Below the pieces are notes generated by a model. It was not told the origin of the DNA and ran no database searches. It saw nothing but the letters and a program-made list of their open reading frames with translations. A stretch of 60,533 nucleotides of DNA, from NCBI GenBank assembly GCA_036741615.1, contig DAINRW010000001.1, positions 9,159-69,691 of the forward strand, read 5' to 3'. Shown piece after piece: positions 48,421 to 58,817 of the stretch. Every line of letters begins with the position of its first letter. Position 1 is the first letter of the stretch. Position numbers and translations under genes: made by a program. This DNA is from Nitrososphaera sp. GTDB taxonomy: Archaea > Thermoproteota > Nitrososphaeria > Nitrososphaerales > Nitrososphaeraceae.

Positions 48421-49968
48421 CTAAATTCTCGGCCCTGCACTGACTATCTCTTTGGGCATGTCGCCAAACTTTTCAAAGTTCTTGACGAAGAGAGCCGCTA
48501 GTCTCCTTGCTGCGGCATCGTACTTGCCCTTATCAGACCAAGTATTTCTTGGGTCAAGTACATAATCTGGCACCCCAAGGCAAGAGGTAGGCATGTCAAG
48601 GTTGAATATTTCATGGTGTCGTGTGGGTGCATCCTCAATCTTGCCTTTGATTGCTGCAGTAACCATCGCTCTCGTGTATGTCAGGTTCATTCTATTGCCT
48701 ATGCCATAAGGCCCTCCCGTCCATCCGGTGTTGATAAGATAAACTCTTGTTCCATGGTCTGTTATTTTTTTGCCTAGCATCTGAGCATACTTGGATGCAT
48801 GCAGTGGCATGAATGGAGCTCCAAAGCAATGTGAAAATGTCTCCTTTGGTTCGGTGATGCCGCGTTCAGTTCCGGCCAGCTTGCTAGTATAACCGGACAT
48901 AAAATGATACATTGCTCCCTGTTTTGTCAGCTTTGCTATTGGAGGCATGACGCCAAAAGCATCTGCAGTAAGAAATACAACTACTTTAGGATGGCCTGCT
49001 ATGCTAGGCATCACTGCCCCGTCAATGTAGTCGATAGGATATGCGACACGTGTATTTTCGGTAAGACTTCCGTTATCAAAATCTGGTTCCCTTGTGCCCT
49101 CATGCATCACAACGTTTTCCATGACCGAGCCGAAACGTATCGCATTCCAGATCTGAGGTTCACCCTGTTTATCGAGGTTGATGCATTTGGCATAACACCC
49201 TCCCTCAAAGTTAAATATGCCATCGTCAGCCCATCCATGCTCGTCGTCGCCCACAAGGTGCCGATCAGGGTCAGCCGAAAGTGTAGTCTTGCCAGTCCCA
49301 GACAATCCAAAGAATAAGGCAGCATCCCCATTCTTTCCTACGTTCGCAGAACAGTGCATTGGAAATACGCCTTTTTTTGGCAACACATAGTTCATAATTG
49401 AAAACATAGCCTTCTTGATCTCACCAGCATACGAAGTCGACCCAATCAACACCAACCTTTTCTTAAAGTTTATAATGATAAAAGTCTCAGTTCTTGTGCC
49501 CATTTCTCCTGGCTTTGCTGCAAAGTCATCACATGACAGCAAAGTGAATTCAGGTTTGTGCGTTTCCAATTCCTCGCGTTGAGGTCTAATGAATAGCTGC
49601 CGTGCAAAGAGATTATGCCAGGCCCTATTGTTGACAATCCTAATAGGCAACCTATTCTCTGGATCAGCTCCAACAAATCCATCGAAGATAAACAATTCCT
49701 TGTCCTCCACGTGTTTTTTCATCATGCGAGATATCTTTTCGAAATTATCCTCAGAAATTGGATGGTTGACCTTTCCCCAGTCGATGGTATTATGTGTTTC
49801 CTCGTCATCAACTATATATCTGTCATCGGGAGACCTGCCAGTGAACTTTCCAGTTTTCACAGAAAGAGCGCCTGTTGACGAAAGCATTCCTTCCTTTCTT
49901 TTAATAATGACCTCAACTAACGACGGAACTGACAGGTTGTGGTAGGCTTTGCCAAACGTTATATCCAT
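48421..49968 (-). CDS. pckA: ATP-dependent phosphoenolpyruvate carboxykinase
   Basis: TGRSP.D, YAGEIKK, MHCSAN, FFGLSGTGKTTLSAD, GDDEHGW, FEGGCYAK, ENTR. Confidence 0.98.
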   Translation of the reverse strand: MDITFGKAYHNLSVPSLVEVIIKRKEGMLSSTGALSVKTGKFTGRSPDDRYIVDDEETHNTIDWGKVNHPISEDNFEKISRMMKKHVEDKELFIFDGFVGADPENRLPIRIVNNRAWHNLFARQLFIRPQREELETHKPEFTLLSCDDFAAKPGEMGTRTETFIIINFKKRLVLIGSTSYAGEIKKAMFSIMNYVLPKKGVFPMHCSANVGKNGDAALFFGLSGTGKTTLSADPDRHLVGDDEHGWADDGIFNFEGGCYAKCINLDKQGEPQIWNAIRFGSVMENVVMHEGTREPDFDNGSLTENTRVAYPIDYIDGAVMPSIAGHPKVVVFLTADAFGVMPPIAKLTKQGAMYHFMSGYTSKLAGTERGITEPKETFSHCFGAPFMPLHASKYAQMLGKKITDHGTRVYLINTGWTGGPYGIGNRMNLTYTRAMVTAAIKGKIEDAPTRHHEIFNLDMPTSCLGVPDYVLDPRNTWSDKGKYDAAARRLAALFVKNFEKFGDMPKEIVSAGPRI

Positions 49969-50172
49969 CTCTCAAAGCTGTATCATAGACATTGTAGTTA
50001 TAATCTTTAGGTTGCCTTCTCAAACATTATGGAACTTACATTCTCTTAACGACAATTTGCTTTGTGCAATAGGATAGAATTGAATCCTATTTTTTCTAAA
50101 TCTATCCAAATCTCCTGCATCTAGCATACAGATTCTTCAGACAGGAAAGTCTCTAAACGAAGGGAAGGCATA

Positions 50173-50469
50173 TTATTGCTGCTGCTTTAGCGCGTTTTTG
50201 ATTGCGTCAGCTCTTTTAGCCAAAATGTCAAGAAATTCTGCAAACTCTTCCTCAGTTGCATTGCGTTTCAAGGTTCGTCTCGTCTGGTAGTGGAATGAAT
50301 TGTAAATGCGTCCAATAGCTATACCGAAAATAAAATCATCATTCCTTGTTATAGGGATATGCCATAACATCTGTTGAATCTTTAAAATTTCTTCAGTGCT
50401 CGATATTGTTTCGTGTATCTTGGCAAGCACTGCTTCTTTTACTCGACCATCCATGGTCAGCAGAACCAT
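50173..50469 (-). CDS. Hypothetical protein
   Basis: 98-aa helical ORF (DFIFGIAIGRIYNSF..R.ATEEEFAEF). Confidence 0.7.
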   Translation of the reverse strand: MVLLTMDGRVKEAVLAKIHETISSTEEILKIQQMLWHIPITRNDDFIFGIAIGRIYNSFHYQTRRTLKRNATEEEFAEFLDILAKRADAIKNALKQQQ

Positions 50470-50587
50470 ACTTTTGTTAATGCGATATTAAAAGAATCCT
50501 GCATGATTGAAAAAATTATGTAATTAAAGTTTTAAAGCCAAATTCTGCATTATAGCAGTTGGGCTATCTGAACCTAGCTGCTGGTAT

Positions 50588-50602
50588 GTTCGGGGAACCT
50601 AA
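50588..50602. repeat. REP-like hairpin, copy 1
   Basis: GTTCGGGGAACCTAA; shares the 12-mer GTTCGGGGAACC with copy 2. Confidence 0.5.
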
Positions 50603-50951
50603 ATAGCAAGATGCGAATAGCTGTAATTTAGAATTAAACTAGTAATCAGGACCTATAGCAATTCCTTGTCGGGTAATGATGTGACCATTGAGACCTCCTA
50701 TACAAAAACTACTATTGTGCTGAAATCAGAAATGCTTTATCCACTGTGGCTCAGGGATATCTCGCGGGACCTAATCAAACCTGCGCAGCCACAAAACGCA
50801 AGCAAAAAAAAGGCAAGAAAAAAATGGTCATAAGTAAACAAGTATTGCTTTTCTTCAAGGAATAATTTTTCAATGAAATCAATAACTATCAAGAGACGAC
50901 CCACATATTATTGGATCAAGAAGTGACTTTACATTCGGTCAACATTTCTTA

Positions 50952-50969
50952 AATAATAATAATAATAAT
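50952..50969. repeat. (AAT)6 microsatellite
   Basis: Read directly from the sequence. Confidence 0.8.
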
Positions 50970-51324
50970 AAGATTTCTTTCAAATGATTAGAACGGGCGT
51001 CGATACTTGCAAATTTCAGCTACGCATTAGTTTTTATAAACTTACGCATTCTTGCAGAAATGCAAGCCTCTGCAGCTACTCTGACGCCATATGCCACAGG
51101 AATGACAATGACGATAACCGAGATGCTAAATATCGGATGCTACGATGTTATGCTAGGTAGACAGGACTCATATGGACACAGATTTGGCGTAGACGACGCA
51201 GCTCCATATCTTTGGTAGCAGGAGAGAAAATGAATTTAGCTCTCTTCCATACAGATATCTGAATTATTACTTTTGTAATATAATAATAGTAGCAAACCTA
51301 AACTTGAGGATAAAAAATGGGGGC

Positions 51325-51579
51325 TTATTCCGCACTCTTATACTGTCTTTCTCTTCCGTATGACTGCATCCACAGACCGCTAAATACTAGGGTGCTCGTC
51401 ATCGCTGCCGATACTAAGACCATTTCTATTGGAAGTCGCATTACAACTCCAATGACAAAGGGAATAGCAGCGCCTATAGCGCTCATTGGCAGCCATTTCG
51501 TTGCGGCCAACCTTCCTCTATCCAGATTCTTTTCCGGCTCGTTCTGCATTTCTCTTTGATTCACCTCTTGACCTTGCAA
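51325..51579 (-). CDS. Small two-TM membrane protein
   Basis: Two hydrophobic helices flanked by charged ends. Confidence 0.6.
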   Translation of the reverse strand: MQGQEVNQREMQNEPEKNLDRGRLAATKWLPMSAIGAAIPFVIGVVMRLPIEMVLVSAAMTSTLVFSGLWMQSYGRERQYKSAE

Positions 51580-51638
51580 TAATCTATTTGCATAAACGGT
51601 ACTTAAGGCATACGGATCGGGAGTAAGAATATTCGATG

Positions 51639-51654
51639 TTAGGTTCGGGGAACC
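51639..51654. repeat. REP-like hairpin, copy 2
   Basis: TTAGGTTCGGGGAACC; stem GGTTC/GAACC with a GGG loop. Confidence 0.5.
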
Positions 51655-51842
51655 GAGTAAGCACGTCGAACTGACAGAACGATTGTTATCGACTCGACAC
51701 TAGCCCAAAAAAGGTCAGACTCAGCAGCAGTACACATAGGCTGGCCAGAACTTCAAGTCAATCTTTGTAAACTACTGCACGCTCGCTTTGCTTGAAGGAA
51801 GAAGAGTGCTGATGTCAAGACAAGATATGTCCTTTCGCCGCT

Positions 51843-52466
51843 TCAGCTTGTCATGTGCTCGACTATTTCTTCATGCAAGGATGACATTGCCTGCTTATAA
51901 TGCATAAACTGACTTTTGTCAAATATTTTACTAGGATGCGAACATATCATGGTAACCTTTAGACCATTATGCAGCCACTCACTATGGGTCTTTTGCCACC
52001 ATCTCTCTGAATTAATACATTGGTCAAACTTTTGGTTCGCAGCTAGAGTCCCAGCAATGCCACTTACAAAAGTTACTTCCTGACTTTTGCCTGATGCAAT
52101 TCGCTGTCTTATCGCCTCCTCCAATAGTATCTTTAATTCCTCAAAAGGTTGCATGTTTCCCGCTAATAGAGAATTGTAAAATGACCTAATGTCCAAAGTC
52201 AAAAGATTGCCACCGTTCACGTTATCTTCGAAATTCGAAATACCGGGCCCCAATTGGGTTGTGCGTAATGTGTCATTCTCTGCGGCGTTATCCATATGAA
52301 TTGGGACATAGACGGTAAGCTGTCCTCTACTCAAGGCTGCATTAACGTATTTTGCAGGAGCTTTATCCTCGTTATCGGAGGAGCAGACAAGCAGAGCATG
52401 TTGTTTAAAAGGAAATTTTGGAGGACCAGGTGTATCTACAAGATGCAATATCCTGATCGATTGCAC
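51843..52466 (-). CDS. Stand-alone MEDS domain protein
   Basis: HALLV...YVNAALSRGQ..VYV; C-terminal E.WW...MICSHP....SSLH pattern. Confidence 0.7.
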   Translation of the reverse strand: MQSIRILHLVDTPGPPKFPFKQHALLVCSSDNEDKAPAKYVNAALSRGQLTVYVPIHMDNAAENDTLRTTQLGPGISNFEDNVNGGNLLTLDIRSFYNSLLAGNMQPFEELKILLEEAIRQRIASGKSQEVTFVSGIAGTLAANQKFDQCINSERWWQKTHSEWLHNGLKVTMICSHPSKIFDKSQFMHYKQAMSSLHEEIVEHMTS

Positions 52467-52839
52467 AAGGGACTTAAATCGGATCGTGAGATCTTATAGA
52501 TCTTCGAGATTAGAGAATTATTCATAAAAATAATAATAGTCATATAATAATATAGATGTAGGAGTAAAACATGAGGCGCAGGGAACTTTCATACTTGAAG
52601 GGTGCCACTTTACGAAGACGTACTTATTTCCTATATCTGCAATGTAGCTGTCACTTTCATATGAGACTCTTTTCCGCCAATAGTACTAGCTGTTGCAAGA
52701 TGTTCAATCCAAGTGAAGAAAAAAGGCACATGCATCTCATTTATAGCTCAAGTCAGAGGTCTAACTATCCTTTGGTCGGAGCTGCGCACGAAGAGTTTGC
52801 ACTGGCGCATCAACAGATGGACTGCAAAAAGATAGAGGG

Positions 52840-53532
52840 TTGAAGCCATTGACAGCTGAAGACAAAAATCATCACCAGTCCATTCAAATTCCAATCGGAT
52901 CGCTATCACTTTCAGGTGACTTGACTATCAAAGAAGGTTCACAAAGAGTAGTCTTATTTGCCCATGGGAGCGGAAGCGGGAGACATAGCAAGAGAAATAG
53001 ATATGTCGCAAAAGTACTGCAAGATGCAGGTCTTGGTACTCTACTCTTCGACCTTTTAACAGAAGACGAAGAGGTAATCGACGAACAAACCCGACATCTG
53101 AGATTTGACATAGGATTACTTACAGACAGGCTAATCGTTGTAACAGATTGGTTATTTCGGACTTATGCCGATAATAGTGATCTAAAGATAGGTTACTTTG
53201 GAGCTAGCACAGGAGCGGCTGCTGCCCTGGCCGCAGCGGCTAAAGGAGCCAATATAATACAAGCAATTGTTTCTCGCGGTGGCAGACCAGATTTAGCAGA
53301 CCCATACTTAGCACGGGTCAAAACACCAACTCTTCTAATTGTAGGCGGCTATGATACACCCGTAATACAGATGAATCAGGAAGCATTTGGCAAATTACAC
53401 CTATTATCTGCAGAAAAGGGATCAAAAAAAATTGTGATTGTTCCAGAAGCAACTCACTTGTTTGAAGAACCTGGCAAGCTTGTTGTGGTTGCGCAACTTG
53501 CAAGTGAATGGTTTACTCGGTTTCTTTCATGA
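52840..53532 (+). CDS. Alpha/beta hydrolase (dienelactone hydrolase-like)
   Basis: FAHGSGS.RHS.RN, GYFGASTGAA, SRGGRPDLA, ATHLFEEPG. Confidence 0.92.
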   Translation: MKPLTAEDKNHHQSIQIPIGSLSLSGDLTIKEGSQRVVLFAHGSGSGRHSKRNRYVAKVLQDAGLGTLLFDLLTEDEEVIDEQTRHLRFDIGLLTDRLIVVTDWLFRTYADNSDLKIGYFGASTGAAAALAAAAKGANIIQAIVSRGGRPDLADPYLARVKTPTLLIVGGYDTPVIQMNQEAFGKLHLLSAEKGSKKIVIVPEATHLFEEPGKLVVVAQLASEWFTRFLS

Positions 53533-53714
53533 TCCCAGCCACGTTACAGCAACATCCACAAATTCGATCGTATGTTATCTTAGCTTGATAGTAGGGCAGA
53601 GATCTTTCTAATGGTTATGAGAAGTGCTTCAAAAGTAGCATCTGGGTCTAACAGACAAATAGTATGGACCTTCTCATGCACATCAGACTAGTTTGCCTTG
53701 ACAGTAGCAAACGC

Positions 53715-54152
53715 CTACGCACTTTCTCCTATAGTTCTCGTCACTGTCCTTGTCATTCCGATAGTGACAAATCTCTCATTTAGGATTTCCTTTAAGACAT
53801 CTGATCGTGAGCACACACCTATTAGTCTTCCATCATTTTCAACCACTGGAAGCATCATTATCCCATTTTTATCCATTAGGTCGATTATCTCGTTTACATC
53901 AGTGTCCTCTCTAACTGAAAGTGGCTCTGAAGACATTAACTCTTTGGCCATTATTTTTGTCAGATCCCCGCCGCCCCTTATTGCACGCAGGATATCGATT
54001 GTCGTAACCACTCCTAGCAACCTCCCATCATCTTTGCTGATAACGGGCATGCCATTTATTGCGCTGAGAACTATTCTGGTTGCGACTTCTATTGCACTAA
54101 CATTTTCTGTCGCTGCTATGATATCGACAGACATTAAATCCAAGGCTTTCAT
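53715..54152 (-). CDS. CBS-pair domain protein
   Basis: Two CBS repeats (GMPVI..DGRLLGVVT; LPVVENDGRLIGV.SRSD); ATG at 54152. Confidence 0.9.
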   Translation of the reverse strand: MKALDLMSVDIIAATENVSAIEVATRIVLSAINGMPVISKDDGRLLGVVTTIDILRAIRGGGDLTKIMAKELMSSEPLSVREDTDVNEIIDLMDKNGIMMLPVVENDGRLIGVCSRSDVLKEILNERFVTIGMTRTVTRTIGESA

Positions 54153-54631
54153 ATTCCCTTCTTCAATACATGTTTGCAACAATGCATATGAAGGTAGCAG
54201 ATTGCGGTATGCTCGAATATTTCTTCAATATACTTTCTTATTCCTTTGATAAAGAAGGAGTTTTCAACTGTATTTGTACTATTCACGCAGAGTAAGATAT
54301 GAGAGGTACAGGCATAGTATCACGTTCTGCCCCATCGCCCTAATTACAGATGCTTTGATTTCCCTCTCGGAATATGGGACTCATAAAAGTTTCAGATGGC
54401 CAAGGACTCCATTATTAAATTCATACTTCGAATTCCAGGTTACATACACATATCGTATTCATAGCTTCAGAGCCTAACTTTGTTTATTATTAGATACCGT
54501 TCAGTCAAAATTGGTGACTAATGCGTGGAAATAGACTTTCGTCCAGTCTTTATTTCTCTCCTAGTATTTCGTTGTAGGATTGGATAATAAAAAATAGTCT
54601 GGGCCGCTGCTATATTATAGCTAAAAATTTT

Positions 54632-55216
54632 TTACAACTTTTTTATTTCGTCTTCCAGCCACACTATGTATTGTCTTTTGGTCTTTCTCATCTCAATTGC
54701 ACAAAATGCCAGTTCTCTAACATTCACCTTTATGGTATGCCAATGTTTTCGCATGAGGTAGTTGCCTATGTAGCTAGGATAGTCATCAAGCATGTCTAAC
54801 GGCAGTCGAGTCAAAGTCCAAACATCGCAAGCCCTCTCACCACCAGGTATCTGAAGTTCGCTTTTTTTTCTCGCCTGAAGGAGATGCGTAAACTCATGTG
54901 CTATCGTAAAATTCCTCTCATTGGGTTGTAGATTTATTTTCAATTTTTTGTTTGCTGAGGCGTTGGAAGAAGAATAATAACAGCAACAACTCCCCCTCGC
55001 CCACCCTCGAGGCGCTATCCACCCTACATACACAACCTCATCCTGAAGCTCGGGAAAAAACTCGAAAACATCAAGAATCCTCTGTTTAAATTTATTACTA
55101 AAGCTAGTAGTTGCCTTTTTTGTAAATATTAAGCGGCCAGTGTCATGACTTAAACGATCAGGTTGCATATCCTCATTGTACACCATCATTCCAGGTAAGC
55201 GGAATTTAAAATTCAA
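54632..55216 (-). CDS. Putative HExxH zinc-binding (metallopeptidase-like) protein
   Basis: TIAHEFTHLLQ plus downstream E(RACD); true start probably internal. Confidence 0.65.
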   Translation of the reverse strand: MNFKFRLPGMMVYNEDMQPDRLSHDTGRLIFTKKATTSFSNKFKQRILDVFEFFPELQDEVVYVGWIAPRGWARGSCCCYYSSSNASANKKLKINLQPNERNFTIAHEFTHLLQARKKSELQIPGGERACDVWTLTRLPLDMLDDYPSYIGNYLMRKHWHTIKVNVRELAFCAIEMRKTKRQYIVWLEDEIKKL

Positions 55217-55556
55217 TAGGTGAAGGAATTTTTAGTTTGAGACGTTAGATAAAAAATTGTTAATGAATAGTCCGCCATACCAGAATAAATGGGATGAATA
55301 AGTTTAGCCTAGATCATATGTAATCATGTTATCGATCTTTCTGTCTTTGTATCAGGCTCAGTGCATTATGACCCCTCATAATCTGACTGTTGTGTACAGA
55401 ATATCGTATTGCCATATTATCTGAGCGGGTACAACACACCTTCTTCTCATAGGCACATTAAGCGCAAATTCCTTATTATTTCATCACTATGATTTAGAGC
55501 CTTTACATGTAGAGAGCATAAAAGGCTTATTGGTATAGATAAGTCTAATCTTATCG

Positions 55557-56603
55557 ATGGCGCCTATTTTTGAGGCAGAGATAACACCAGTTCTCAAAAC
55601 AAAAGAAATTATGAAACTGGCACAGATTGCAGAAGACGCTGGAGTAGACAGACTTGGGATATCCGATGTCATTTTCTATCCAGATACATTTGAGTTGCAG
55701 GCATTATGTGCAACAGTCACTAAGCGTATAAAAATAGGAAGCCTTGTAACAAACCCTTTTACAAGACACCCTGCTGTAATTGCGGCCGCTGTATCAACTC
55801 TGGATGAAATATCAGATGGTAGAGCCTTCCTGGGCATAGGAGCTGGTGCTGGCATTGCAAAGCTTGGGGTATTACGTTCTGCTCCTGCGCCAGCAATTCG
55901 AGAAGCTGTTCACATCATTAGAGAATTGTTGGCGGGAAAAGTTGTTAATTACCAAGGCAATGCTTACCAGTTGTCTTGCAAAGAAACAAGGCTAGAGTTT
56001 CCTCCACAACATGACGTCCCAATTCTTATTGGAACTCGGAGCCCAAAGATTGCCAAACTAGCTGGTGAGATAGCAGATATAATAGTAATTGGAGCTCGAT
56101 ATATTTCTGACCAACAGCTCTCAAATTATCTTGCATGGATTTCAGAAGGAGTGCTCAAAGCTAACAGGGACATTGGCACTGTAGAGATAGCTCCACGATT
56201 AACTATTTGTGCTTCAAGAGATGGCGAGTTGGCAAAGCAAAGTGTCAAGTTGTATGCAGCACATTACTTGTCACTCCTAAAGCCACCTGATCTGTCAATA
56301 GAAGATACCAGGTTGAAGAAAATCATAGACGCGGTGGCAAGAGTCAAAGGCTGGTACTTCTCACCAAACGTTCGGTATCCTGAGGAGATAGACAAGCTGG
56401 TAGATGAGGAAATTGTTGATAAATTTGCAGTAGCGGGAACCCCAGAGGAATGTATCACAAAGATAAGAAGGATGATATCTAGACATAGATTTAGTAGCGT
56501 AAGTTTGAATGTAGCATCTGTTCGAAGGAAGAACATTTTCGATGGAATAGCTGAGACAGTGAACTCTTTTGGCGAGATTATTCAAGGAGTTAAAAAAGCC
56601 TAA
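55557..56603 (+). CDS. LLM-class flavin (probably F420)-dependent oxidoreductase, Mer-like
   Basis: AEDAG.D, IGSLVTNPFTRHP, LDEISDGRAFLGIGAG, AGEIAD, AGTPEEC. Confidence 0.92.
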   Translation: MAPIFEAEITPVLKTKEIMKLAQIAEDAGVDRLGISDVIFYPDTFELQALCATVTKRIKIGSLVTNPFTRHPAVIAAAVSTLDEISDGRAFLGIGAGAGIAKLGVLRSAPAPAIREAVHIIRELLAGKVVNYQGNAYQLSCKETRLEFPPQHDVPILIGTRSPKIAKLAGEIADIIVIGARYISDQQLSNYLAWISEGVLKANRDIGTVEIAPRLTICASRDGELAKQSVKLYAAHYLSLLKPPDLSIEDTRLKKIIDAVARVKGWYFSPNVRYPEEIDKLVDEEIVDKFAVAGTPEECITKIRRMISRHRFSSVSLNVASVRRKNIFDGIAETVNSFGEIIQGVKKA

Positions 56604-56849
56604 GCTGACTCGGACATAATATCTTGATACTCGAGAAAATAAGTTCTTCGTCTACAGGATAAATCAAACCTCCTCTCATCATAGGGGATGAATTTTCTGC
56701 TGCTTGAAGCCCTATGAATGAATCTGTTTTTAGTGATTTGTCAGCAACGACGAGAATAAAGGCAACGGCGCCGCTCAACTGCGTCGAAGTCATACCTATT
56801 GTGAATTTGGGTAAATGTTATCTTTATCTGATCTTATGAATATGAGTAT

Positions 56850-58616
56850 ATGAGTTTGAATAAAGAGACCAGATACGCATTAGATTATCATGAGGTCACG
56901 AAACATTCGGAGACTAGCTTACTGACTTCAAGGCATTATCTTGATTTTGATAATAAACCAATACCATTCAAGATATATCTAGAATTGCACTCAACAAGTC
57001 TGCCAACGAGCTTTCCAACACCGCAGGTTAATGCGCTTAGCTGTATAAGCGGTATAACAAACAAAGGGTTAAATGATGATAGTGAGTCGTTAACGAGTCA
57101 GTTAGGAACAGAACCAACAACAAAAAGCACTGATGTCATCAACGATATACCCTATGTTGACTTCTCAAGTTTGGCAGAAGTTTTGTTCTTCTCGGCAGGA
57201 ATCACAAGGGAGATAAAATATTCATATGGTAAATATTACATGCGAGCAGCGTCGGCAACTGGCGCTCTTTATCCTATTGAGTTATATGTTGTATGCGATG
57301 ACATTTCACCTCACCTAGACGCTGGAGTCTATCATTTTTCACCCGCGGATTTTAGCTTAACAGAGATTCGTAAAGGAAATTTCAGAAAATACCTGGCGGC
57401 AGCTACAGCTAATAACCGAGATGTTGAAAGATCTGCTATTGCCATAATATTTACCTCAATTGCGTGGAGAAATGCTTGGAAATATCAGGCGCGCTCATAT
57501 CGGCACTGGTTTTGGGACTCTGGCGTAATAGCTGCTAATCTTCTCGCTACAACGCATGCAATGGGGCTTCCTACCCATATCATAATGGGATTTTTAGACG
57601 ATGAGATAAGTCAGCTTCTATCTTTAGAAGATCAAATAGAAGCACCTATAGCAATCGCAGCGATAGGGAAAGGTAGTCAGGAGAACATTATTGTATCCAG
57701 ACAGCAAGATACTCGTGTAGACAGGATACCGCATATACCTGTGCCAAATATTCGGCCGTTATCAAAAAGAGGTGAAATCAATTATCAGGAGATCTGGGCT
57801 CTAAACCAGGCCTCGAAGCTTACAAGCATACAAGAGATTGAAGAGTGGATTGGCGTTGCCCATCGTCATAAGCCATTGCTATCAGCAGTATCACATCATT
57901 CCCAAAGGAATGGTTCTAATAACGAGAGTAGTCTTGTCATCGCATCAGGGGATTTAGAAGAAAATGTCAAAGCTTCCCGCGGCTTGAAGGAAACAATCCT
58001 ATGGCGTGGCTCATCAAGGAAGTTTGCAAGGTCTAATATCCCGTTTTCGGCTCTGAAAACTATTCTCTATAGTTCCACTAGAGGGGTACCATTAGATACA
58101 CTGAAAAACGAAGAAGATTCACTGATAGACATTTATTTTATAGCTAATGCAGTTGACGGCCTTACTCCAGGAGCATACTTCTATAATCGTAATACTTCTG
58201 CTACTAACCCAAATACCTCGGTGGTCAGAGTCAAGGAAGTTGTAACTTCACGGAATATCTCAGGTTATCTTTGTTTAGGCCAAACCCTCTTTAGCGATGC
58301 AAGTGTTGTTTTCTTCTTAATGACAGATTTGCAATCTGTCCTAGGGTCATTGGGCAACAGAGGTTATAGGAGCTCTCAATTCGAGGCGGGGGTTATCGCA
58401 GGAAAAATATACCTCGCTGCCTACGCTCTGGGGATCGGGGCTTCGGGCTCTACTTTCTTTGATGACGCAGTAACAGAATTCTTTTCCCCTCATGCAGCTA
58501 ATAAAAGTACAATGATAGCTGTAGGCGTTGGTGTTCCGGCCTACAGTGCCAAACCAGGCAAAATATTGCCAGCCAGGTTAAGTAAAGAGCAGCTATTGAC
58601 ACAGAATTTCGGCTAG
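56850..58616 (+). CDS. SagB/ThcOx-family dehydrogenase (tandem nitroreductase folds)
   Basis: YHEVTKHS, RAASATGALYPIELY, WKYQARSYR..FWDSG, second domain R.SSRKF...NRGYR..QFEAG. Confidence 0.92.
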   Translation: MSLNKETRYALDYHEVTKHSETSLLTSRHYLDFDNKPIPFKIYLELHSTSLPTSFPTPQVNALSCISGITNKGLNDDSESLTSQLGTEPTTKSTDVINDIPYVDFSSLAEVLFFSAGITREIKYSYGKYYMRAASATGALYPIELYVVCDDISPHLDAGVYHFSPADFSLTEIRKGNFRKYLAAATANNRDVERSAIAIIFTSIAWRNAWKYQARSYRHWFWDSGVIAANLLATTHAMGLPTHIIMGFLDDEISQLLSLEDQIEAPIAIAAIGKGSQENIIVSRQQDTRVDRIPHIPVPNIRPLSKRGEINYQEIWALNQASKLTSIQEIEEWIGVAHRHKPLLSAVSHHSQRNGSNNESSLVIASGDLEENVKASRGLKETILWRGSSRKFARSNIPFSALKTILYSSTRGVPLDTLKNEEDSLIDIYFIANAVDGLTPGAYFYNRNTSATNPNTSVVRVKEVVTSRNISGYLCLGQTLFSDASVVFFLMTDLQSVLGSLGNRGYRSSQFEAGVIAGKIYLAAYALGIGASGSTFFDDAVTEFFSPHAANKSTMIAVGVGVPAYSAKPGKILPARLSKEQLLTQNFG

Positions 58617-58817
58617 TCCAAGATATAGTATGCAACAAGACGGTAACATTCTTTCATTGGAGGAAATTAGCAGACTCGGTTGAATAGGAACATCCTTGTG
58701 GATAGGCGCCTTATTGCTAGAATAGTACTGATGTCTGCCCAATTATACCTACTCTTATACTGATGATATTATTTATTTGACCTTGTGGATGACACGATAT
58801 AGAGTTGTAATACTCAT

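Noticed and set aside
51060..51218. 52-aa plus-strand ORF in the gene-poor gap
   Set aside because: No motif or context to support it
52571..52843. 90-aa ORF upstream of the hydrolase
   Set aside because: No recognisable motif and atypical composition; probably spurious
54950..55000. Cys/Ser-rich GSCCCYYSSS as a thiazole/oxazole RiPP core near the SagB-like gene
   Set aside because: It lies inside a globular HExxH protein with no leader-like context, and no YcaO is present
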